Shown piece by piece: positions 53,989 to 64,000 of a stretch of 64,000 nucleotides of DNA. The position numbers and the translations under genes are program-made. This DNA comes from Octopus vulgaris. Taxonomy: Eukaryota. Where the stretch lies: positions 2,418,001 through 2,482,000 of the forward strand of contig OX597826.1 in assembly GCA_951406725.2 (NCBI GenBank), in the 5' to 3' direction. Positions within the stretch are counted from its first letter, which is position 1. Each line of letters opens with the position of its first letter. Under the pieces are notes generated by a model that searched no databases, was not told the origin of the DNA, and saw only the letters and a list, made by a program, of their open reading frames with translations.

Positions 53989-54341
53989 TTAGTCGGAGTG
54001 ATGTTGTCATCTCGGTTGTTGCTTCCACGAAGTTTTGGCGTTGTACACTCCATCCTTCTTCAGGGTTCTTCTGATTCTCCTTAGTTTCTCACCTTGGATT
54101 GAATGCAGAACTTCTATGTGACCTCACTGAATTAACAAGGCGCCTTTAAAAATACACTCTCACACAGCCTACGGGCAGAGCATAGTGAATAATGACGGTC
54201 ACTGGTTAGTTCAGTGCTGTCAACTACGGTTTTTCATTTCAATCCCAAGCAAGGCACAAAGGGGATTCAGAACACACATGAACAAGGTTGGAGCGTCCAC
54301 AGCAGAACATTGGTGAAAGCAACAACCAAGATTACGACTAA
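53989..54341. repeat. Old approximately 350-bp palindromic element with hammerhead-like CTGAAGAAG arms
   Basis: 53989-54137 pairs imperfectly with 54205-54341. Confidence 0.75.
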
Positions 54342-54437
54342 TGCACAATATAATATTTATGGCTGAGGAAAATGATTAACATTTTTGGTATGGGTATCGA
54401 AATTTGCCCGCCTCAGTAGGGAGTTTAAGTAACTTAC

Positions 54438-54456
54438 CTTCATGAGGTTATCTTTT
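54438..54456 (-). other. Candidate 19-nt micro-exon
   Basis: ttttgtttcctttttgtaacag|AAAAGATAACCTCATGAAG|gtaagt: strong acceptor and perfect donor. Confidence 0.45.
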
Positions 54457-55079
54457 CTGTTACAAAAAGGAAACAAAACAATATCCACGAAGAAATTTGC
54501 TCTGTTTATTGTGAACGAAAGGAGGTCAAGTACTCTGTGTATTCAATATTATTGCTGATTAGCAACTCAATTTTATACTTTTCCAAATTTGTACCTTTAG
54601 AGAAGAATGAAATCTACGCAAACACAGAGGAATACTTAGTACGGCATGCGGCCTCATTGAATCCAAGAGAGATGAACAAACTAGAAAAACGTTTCATTTT
54701 CAGATGATAAATTCATCTCACGGGTTTTATAGGCAAATATATTCACATAAGACAACCTGACTTCAACTTGTGCACGAATACACGCACACACAAAAACACA
54801 TGCATGCACATACATATACACCTACGTACGTACTTATGCATGTATGTATGTATGTTTATTTATATATGTGTGTTTTTGTGTGTGATTACGTGACTGTAAA
54901 GTTTATAATTGAACCTAGTTATATATATTCCCTCCTTAACTTGTAAGTATATTATCAGTATTGTAATAGAAGCATTACATATACATATATACATGTGTGT
55001 GCGCGCGTGTGCGTGCGTGTTTGTGTGTGTTTGTGTGCGTGCATGTGTATGTATGTGTGTACGTATGTACGTATGTGTG

Positions 55080-55137
55080 AGTGAGTGTTTGTGTGTGTCT
55101 GTGAATGCATGTATATACCTATATGTGCATACAAATG

Positions 55138-55188
<51 letters not shown>

Positions 55189-55256
55189 TCATACATATGT
55201 ATATATATATATACATACATATATATATATATGAATAAATATATGATATAAATATA

Positions 55257-55300
<44 letters not shown>

Positions 55301-55320
55301 GTATATATATATATGCATAC

Positions 55321-55351
<31 letters not shown>

Positions 55352-55417
55352 CGTATATATATATATATACATACATACATATATATATATAAATATGAAT
55401 AAATATATGTATATGTG

Positions 55418-55468
<51 letters not shown>

Positions 55469-55545
55469 GTATTTATATATATATAAGTATATATATGTAC
55501 ATGTACACATTCATATGTTTATCCATGTATATATATATATACACA
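55080..55545. repeat. (TA)n-rich microsatellite block
   Basis: Directly visible. Confidence 0.97.
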
Positions 55546-55841
55546 CACAACGAAACAATTACAAAGATATTTCTGCTCACATAGTCACGTAATGTGCAGC
55601 AGACATCGTTGTATACACAATATACGTCCGTATGCAACTCTAAAGCCATACATACTCATACACTCAGCAAACCTTTTACCCAAATGCACACATTTTAAAG
55701 TCAATAGGAGCCAAAACACACTCATATTTTCATGTCTTTCACACACATACTGGCAAGATATATGAGAGCATATGCAGTCTTCTGTATAAATTATTCATTG
55801 TATTCAGTTTACAAGAAGCTATCAGTTGCGGAACTACTCAC

Positions 55842-55860
55842 GGGATCTCATTACGTGTCC
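55842..55860 (-). other. Candidate 19-nt micro-exon
   Basis: ttctaat branch-like site, cctttaatttccccag|GGACACGTAATGAGATCCC|gtgagt. Confidence 0.4.
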
Positions 55861-55983
55861 CTGGGGAAATTAAAGGATAACTTATAAATTGCAATGATTA
55901 GAAATTCTTCACAATGTGAGCCAAGCACACGAAGTAAGGTTGGAGACATGCAAGCAAAATAGTGACAGAGTAACATACACACA

Positions 55984-56055
<72 letters not shown>

Positions 56056-56063
56056 TTATATAG

Positions 56064-56096
<33 letters not shown>

Positions 56097-57324
56097 CGTA
56101 TATATATATATGTATGTACATATATACATATGTATATGTATATATATACCTACATGTACATACATCTACATAAAGTTATAATTTCACTCTCTCTCTTTCT
56201 CTCCCTCTCTCTCTCTCTATATATATATATATAATGTATGTATATATGTATGTATATATATATATATGTATATACATATATATATATATATTTACACATT
56301 AGAATAGATGGATGTTTAAAGAATTAGTGTGAGATGGGGATATATATATATATATATATGTATATATCTATATTCTTATCTATGTGTATATTTATATACA
56401 TGCATATGTACCTATATGTATACACACTTTTGCGTATGCATACACATACGAGCACTCACGTACAAGAACACACGGAAGCCCCCCCACACACACACACGCA
56501 TACGTCCTCATACATATGACGTATTTAACCCATAACGAAGACATGCGTCGAAATAAAATCAAGTATATACCTAATGAAATAATCACATATATATTCATAT
56601 ATTCTACATTAAAAATAGAATTCTATTTTTACTGAGAATAGAAGTGGCTCGAGAATTTAGAGAAATTTTGTGTTCCTTTCTTTTTTTCTTGATATTTCTT
56701 CTGTTTTCGGATATCTTCATTATCCATGACAGAGTTTATAGAAACTGTAGATTTTCTTAGGACTTTTATTGTTATTCAGCGAGTGTCTCGCGCTTAAATG
56801 TTATAAATGCTCCACTTTCAGAAACTCTTTACTTTCTCATGATTTAGATCACACATACATACGTACATACATACATCCATACATACAAATCTGCACATAT
56901 ACATACATACAAAAATACTCTGTTGTTGATGTTGAAATTCCAATGAAGGAGCCTTGAATCTAAGTTAGAAGCAGATTCTTTCTCTCTTGGCAAGAAAACT
57001 TGAAATAAAACGGAATAATGATATGTATGTATGCATACATACATACATACATACATACAGGCATACATACATACATACATACATACATACATACATACAT
57101 ACATACAAATCTGCACATATACATACATGCATACATACATGCATACATACATACATACATACATACATACATACAAATCTGCACATATACATACATGCAT
57201 ACATACATGCATACATACATATATATAAACATGTCTTGATATGCAACATTATGCATGTATATATATATATATACATAAAACAAAACATACGAATCTTCAT
57301 ATGTACATAGATAAATACATCTAT

Positions 57325-58030
57325 AACTGGGAAGAAGTGAGTCTAGGGATGTGCTGAGCAATCAGCAAAACTGTGATGTCAGTTGTGAGAGAGCATAAGA
57401 GGAATCTAGTTTCAATGTGGCTAGCCTACAAGAAAACCTTTGACTCTGTTCCCCAATCATGGATGCTAGAAGTCCTTCACGTTGCTAAAGTTACAGAGAG
57501 TATAACCTATTTCATTACTACACAAAAGGAGCCAAACACAGAGAGGACAACAAGGACAGACAAACGGATTAAGTCGATTATATCGACCCCAGTGTGTAAC
57601 TGGTACTCAATTTATCGACCCCGAAAGCTTGAAAGGCAAAGTCGACCTCGGCGGAATTTGAACTCAGAACGTAACGGCAGACGAAATATGGCAACGCATT
57701 TCGCCCGGCGTGCTAACGATTCTGCCAGCTTGCCAAAGCCATAGCTAACTTGACTTCATCCTGTTATAATATTCTCAAAGGGTTGGAGTTTGTTCAGGAT
57801 AAATACTGATATATGGTTGAGAAAAGAATGAAAACTATAAACCAGACTAGCAACGTCTCCGTCAATGATTTGACTCTTTCCCCTAGAACTGAAGAGGAAT
57901 GTTACAGGTATCTAGAGGTGGATGAAAACATATCTAACAATGGCACATGTAACATAACACGTGTCACTAAAGAATATTGCTGTCGAATATAGAAAATTTG
58001 GACCTCAAATCTCTCTGCATTCAATAAACA
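57325..58030 (+). mobile_element. R4/Dong-like RT fragment, interrupted by a SINE
   Basis: RNLVSMWLAYKKTFDSVPQSW; YRYLEVDENI..RVTKEY..KIWTSNLSAFNK. Confidence 0.85.
57507..57733 (-). mobile_element. SINE family C
   Basis: Reverse complement of the family C pattern. Confidence 0.93.
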
Positions 58031-58560
58031 GTGGTCCCCATAAGTGTACACAGTTTCTCCTCTCTATCCCAAATCATTAAATCTTGTATGTTGCACCTAC
58101 ACTTCATTGGTCTTCACTGGGACATTCCACCTGTACTGGCTATGGCTTCTACTATACTGTGTATTCTCACTTCTTTGACCTCAGGGTTATCCTTTCGACG
58201 GATTTCATTATTGAGTGTCCTAGCTATAACATCATGTCTCATCGGTAGATAATATTGGCATGACATTTTCGGACAACTTCATATGATGTGGGTGATATCT
58301 GTGGTGTTAATTCCACAAAGCCTGCATCGGTTGTCACATTTTACTGCTTTTCCTGCATCTCTATCCCTTTTGTGTATCTGGTGCTTGGTTGATATTTCCT
58401 GTTCCTGGATGGCAAACACATAACATTCAAAATGAGAGGTAGTAATCCGGCTACTGGTCCATGATAGATTGATTTCATGATCAATGTTACTATCATTTTG
58501 GAGATTTCTACTAACATATCCATGTACAGTATTCTGCTCATATAGGCTCATACTTTCATC
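58031..58560 (-). mobile_element. R4/Dong-like C-terminal fragment (CCHC knuckle), opposite orientation
   Basis: HGY..SHFECYVFAIQEQEISTK..CRLC..DITHII*SCPKMS..YYLPMRHD. Confidence 0.88.
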
Positions 58561-59808
58561 TTATGATGCGTTGCAGTAGAGTCGTGTGACTTCTTTGGGC
58601 ACGAATTCTAGTTTCTATCATAGACATCCATGCCATCCACAATTCACTTTTCTTAAATTACATGTCTTTACATTAGACGATGTTGCCTGTCTAAAAAGAC
58701 GTGACTTGTACTGTTGGAACACCTTTCATGATGCGTCTGCTTCACCAAAGTTGTTGTGACTTTAACAACGGTAATAATATTAGTTCTTGGAATATCGGAT
58801 AAACAAGATCCTATGACGTAAAGTTTCTATCATAGACATCCATGCCGTCCTTTCCTATACAAAACGCAATATTTTAAAGAACCTGACTCTCAGAAGCCGG
58901 TGGGTGAGACTATTGATTATCTTCTCTGTGTCTCTGACTATTTCTTCCCATCTCTTATCCTGCTGTCATGAAATACTCCAGGTATTTTCTTCTTATCTTA
59001 TACCTAATAAACTGAGTTTAATTTATTACAAAACGTTTTGATGGTCCTTAATTGTCTAAATGTTTAGTTGTTTTCACTTTATTAGCACAGGTCAGCTTCA
59101 GCATACCTTGAAGTAACCTCACTACTGCAGATCTGTAAGCTTTTAAACATTTTGTTGATGTACGGTGTCGAAGAACAATATGGAAGAATGGATTCTATAT
59201 GTGCCCTTGGGATTCTTTCCCTCACTGTAATCGATAGCCATTTATTTGACAATAAATATTGAATCTGAACGCAAGTAAGCTAGTGCTCCTTGACTTACTT
59301 TCAGTAATGGATACGGTATACAGCTAAGATTCCCCATCGCCCACTACATCTGCTGTAAACTATCTTTTCATATCCATCAGATCCCACGTTAATTTCTCCA
59401 AAAATAATGACATGTAATACATAGTCCCAGATTAATTATGATCGAATTACATGACCAAATAAAACAATTGAGTTTAAATTAATGATACCCTGCTTCATTA
59501 ACGGACACTTAGGGAGAAAAGGCGACAGCAAAGGAACTCAGTGCTTCAGTTTATCGTTGAACTGAAATAACAATGCAGATGACGGAAAATGGCTGAGTCA
59601 GCCGTCAACGAGAATATTCTAAAATTTTTCATATTCACAGTTTCTTCATAAAACTTTAAAAATCGGTAATGGAAGGAAAGGTAGTGGAAAATGGGAATCG
59701 GTCGTAATAGGTGTTTGATTTAGAAAAGAAGAACATTAAACTGAAATATATACGTACGTACATAGTTATAATGAAGAAAGAATACGATGTCAACTCCTAT
59801 ATTCCCTC

Positions 59809-59896
<88 letters not shown>

Positions 59897-59899
59897 TAT

Positions 59900-60309
59900 A
59901 CTCTTTACACTTTTTACTATTTTACTTGCTTCAGTCATTTGACTGTGGGCATGCTGGAGCACCGCCTTTAGTCGAGCAAATCGATTTATACTTTGTGAGC
60001 CTAGTACTTATTCTAGCGGTCTCTTTTGACGAACCGCTAAGTTACGGGGACGTAAACATACCAGCATCGGTTGTCTTGCGATGTTGGGAGGGGGTCAAAC
60101 ACAGACACACAAACATGTACACACACATACATGTATATACATACATACAACGGGCTTCTTTCAGTTTCCGTCTACCAAATCCACTCCCAAGGCTTTGGTT
60201 GGTCCGAGGCTATAGTACAAGACACTCGCCCAAGGTGCCACGCAGTGGGACTGAACCCGGAACCATGTGGTAGGTCAGCAAGCTACTTACCATACAGCCA
60301 CTCCTACGC
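59900..60309 (-). mobile_element. SINE family A, full length
   Basis: Reverse-complement homology to 1573-1987. Confidence 0.94.
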
Positions 60310-60393
<84 letters not shown>

Positions 60394-61043
60394 TTACACA
60401 CACATATAATATGTATACATGCATACATACACATATATAAATATATACATATGCACATGCAGGCAAATATATCTAAATGCGCTCATTTTCCCATGAAATA
60501 AGTATGAGAATATATATTAAACGCTAACACAGTTTAAAAAGGATAATGATGAATTTTAGAGTGAGAAGAAAAATTGCACATTACAAGTTAGTGTAATGAA
60601 CAGATTCCACATTACAACTAGTAATCTAGTTAATGCAGCTGAAGGTATTATGATCTGCTTCATATCCAGCGGTGAGAGGTATTCGTAAAAAAAAAAATAC
60701 AGAAAATAATAGTGAGATATAAAACTACGTAGAAACATACATACATTCCTATTATACATAAGTTAGTCATACATACACATGTCCCTATTATTGCTTAGTC
60801 ATATTCTTATAATTTAACTTCTCAAAGTAATGAAATGATACACGGTAGATATGACCCGAACCTTCAAATGTCTATTATTACTTCTGATAATTTAGTTCGT
60901 AATCCATTGTTGTTTTTTCTTTCCAGTATTGTCTCGTTGTGGAATTACATCATTAGACCCCAGAATATTCGACAGCTTGAAATAAACGCCAAACAAAAAT
61001 AAGTTCTGCTTTCTTTAGGCAGGTTAGGATTCGCTCAATACTG

Positions 61044-61081
<38 letters not shown>

Positions 61082-61086
61082 TACAC

Positions 61087-61388
61087 ATATGAGAGGGATG
61101 ACCACTATGTGGACAACCCTTATGCTAGAAGTAGATCCACTATGCTCTTACCACTTAGAACTGTTCTCAAGAATATTTAGGTGTTTTATAAATGCTTTTC
61201 TTGAGACCATTTCTTATTGGTAAGACCATAGCGGATCTACTTCTAGCACAAGTGTTGTCTACATAGTGGTCATCCTTCTCATATGTATATAATACAATTT
61301 ACTGAACCTTCAGATTTTAATATACTAGATCACTGGTATTAAATTAATGTTAATTAAATTAATATCCAATTTCTAACCCTCTTTTAAA
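61087..61388 (-). mobile_element. (TA)n-inserted fold-back element
   Basis: About 86-bp imperfect arms 61087-61172/61198-61284 plus terminus homologous to 11551-11650. Confidence 0.85.
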
Positions 61389-61393
61389 TGTAT

Positions 61394-61463
<70 letters not shown>

Positions 61464-61743
61464 TTGGTATGTACACGCATATATGTATATATATATATGA
61501 GTATGCACCTGTACATATAAGCATTTTCAGGCAGACCAACGACAGAGAAATTCACAGAGACATCACTGTGGAAGTATTCATTTTCATTATCATTATCATA
61601 TATATTTATACATAACACCAAGTTGACACAGGGACACCTTGCTACAGTTGAAGACATTTACCCAAGGTGGCACACAGTGGGACGGAACCCAGAACCAGGT
61701 GGTTGGGAAGCTAGCTTCTATCCAGTCATGCCTAAGCCATTTC

Positions 61744-61783
<40 letters not shown>

Positions 61784-61941
61784 GATAAGAAAGTTGGTAT
61801 GTACACGCATATATGTATATATATATATATGAGTATGCACCTGTACATATAAGCATTTTCAGGCAGACCAACGACAGAGAAACTCACAGAGACATCACTG
61901 TGGAAGTATTCATTTTCATTATCATTATCATTATCATATAT
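61464..61941. repeat. Near-identical approximately 140-bp direct repeat (61464-61603 and 61794-61941) around a SINE head fragment
   Basis: One substitution plus microsatellite length differences. Confidence 0.93.
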
Positions 61942-64000
61942 CGTCTATGAAATAAATTACAACAAAAACAGAACACACCAACAACATCCTAATACCAGAC
62001 CCAACCACCATACAGCACAAAACGACACTAGAATAAGAAATACACCACACACAAGTCGCTACTACCCCATGAACCAAAATTACTGGTCCCCACTGAACAC
62101 AAGACAAACGCAAAACAGTATGTCAAGCAACATCCCACATACAAGCAGTTCGAAACAAAAATATTTCACATACAGAAATTTTACACACACCACAAACAAA
62201 AACAACCATAGATTCCCACACACACACAACGATCGGGGGCAACAATACCACCATTCCCCCGACCCGATATCACACAACCTCACAGACAACTCATACAAAC
62301 AAAATTACACCCAACATTTTTAGCCAGGGACCAGAGACACCAGGACACAGACTAGAACCTAGTAATAAGGAAAAATCGAAGATAATCAATCTCTCAACCA
62401 AACCTCTTTCTAACATAAAAATTGACATCCTCTCAAAAGGGCTCAAATTTACACCAACTCCACGCAGAGCCAACCTAAATGAAATCAAGGATAATATAAC
62501 AGAATTTTGCAGAAAATTAAGACTAGCAGAAGCATCAACCAGTTTCAATACTGAAGATGAATCACTAGTCAAGAACAAAAGTGAACACATCCCACACAGA
62601 GGAAGAAATAAAGATCTTGATGAATTCTGTAACCACATTGAGAACTTTCCCTACCATACTGTACATAAACAGAAAGTTAGCTCAAATTTTAACACTACAC
62701 AATGGTAGGAACTGATAGAACTTCAAAATGATGAGGATATAACCATTAAAGAAGCAGACAAGGGAAATGCAGTTGAAATAATGGATACATCATACTATAG
62801 AAATCTTGTAATTTCCTTGCTTGATGACGACCTACATTATGAAAAAATTACCAACTACACCCCACAAAAAATAATGAAAACTCTATCTTCACTAATTAAA
62901 ACCCATGAAAAGGAACTAACAACCAAAGAGATTGACTTTCTAACAAACTTTAAATGCAAGCCTAGCCTTTTCTATGGTCTGCCAAAAATCCATAAAAGCC
63001 AAATTATAAATGAAACCATTAAAAAATCACCAAAGACATACATACACACACCTAACCCGGGGGACCTAAAACTATGACCCATTGTAGCTGGCCCAACCTG
63101 TGAAACACACAGACTAAGTATATTTATTGACATCCTCCTGAAACCCTTCCTTAAACATATCGATAGCCATATCAGAGATGACTTAGATATGTTAAACCAC
63201 CTCCCCAAAAAGCCAAGGACGAAACAATCCTGGTTTCATTTGATGTAGTTAACTTGTATACCAGTATACCTCATAATTATGGACTAGAGGCAATACAGTT
63301 CTTGCTGGACCAATTTCCGGAAGAAATACCAAAAAGGATCAGTAAAGAATTCATTACTAAATCAATTGAATTCATCCTACATAATAACCACTTCATGTTT
63401 GACAATACATTTTACCGTCAAAAATCCGGAATTGCTATGGGTACAAGGGCAGCACCAGTCATTGCAAACCTAACAATGGGCTACATGGAAATAATCATTT
63501 ACCAGGAATCTTTATCAATCTTTGGAAACCCCCTTTCTCAATACATAAAAGAGAATTGGAAACGATTCTTAGACGATTGTTTTATAATCTGGAATGAAAA
63601 CACAGATAAACTCCTAAAATTTAAAAACCTATTGAACAGCATAAACCTAAATATACAGTTCACAATGGAATACAACCAAAAGGAGCTCCCGTTCTTGGAT
63701 ATACTAATTAAAAAAATTAACCTTAAAATAGAAACAGACATTTTTTACAAAGCCACAGACGCCAAACAATACCTTCTTTTTAATTCATGCCACCCAAGAC
63801 ACACTAAAACAAACATCCCCTTCAACCTTGCAAGAAGGATATGCACAATAGTGTCAGAACAAAATACCAGGAACTTTAGACTGCAAGAACTCAAAAACAC
63901 CCTAATTGACAGACATTACTCAGCTCAACTCATAGAGGATGGGATCAGACGTGCAACAGAAATCAACATAGAAACTTTAAGAAAAGTTCAACACAACAAC
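61942..64000 (+). mobile_element. Penelope-like retroelement, disrupted RT ORF, continues beyond the window
   Basis: INLS..LSKGLKFTPTP, IKEADKG, FYGLPKIHK, L*PIVAG, SFDVVNLYTSIP, GIAMGT..AP, RFLDD, LPFLD, SCHP; stops at 62706-62708 and 63075-63077, frameshift near 63210. Confidence 0.96.

Noticed and set aside
60556-60759. M1-like PL..IIIPS..L peptide
   Set aside because: Single isolated match with no flanking receptor motifs

Overview
AT-rich, repeat-dominated eukaryotic DNA. The SINE families and dense (TA)n/(CA)n/(TATC)n/(TATG)n microsatellites look like those of octopus (inferred from memory, not searched). I can support no intact host protein-coding gene; almost all listed ORFs are microsatellite translations or transposon fragments. 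Recognisable elements: more than 25 tRNA-derived SINE copies with shuffled head/body/tail modules, two CR1-clade LINE fragments (one with a long intact RT frame), a disrupted Penelope-like RT running off the right edge plus a Penelope GIY-YIG/pLTR fragment, R4/Dong-like and RTE remnants, mariner derivatives, a hAT MITE and a Helitron-like remnant. Most notable: (1) a canonical hammerhead-ribozyme core on the minus strand at about 11301-11410 plus several degenerate or partial ones; (2) a (TA)n-inserted non-coding family with a conserved terminus and long fold-back hairpins of differing sequence; (3) SINE-LINE tail sharing, a probable SINE 3' transduction and a TSD-flanked SINE trimer; (4) two 19-nt minus-strand micro-exon candidates; (5) a speculative set of decayed, intronless Cys-loop/chemotactile-receptor-like segments in the first 20 kb that needs a statistical test.
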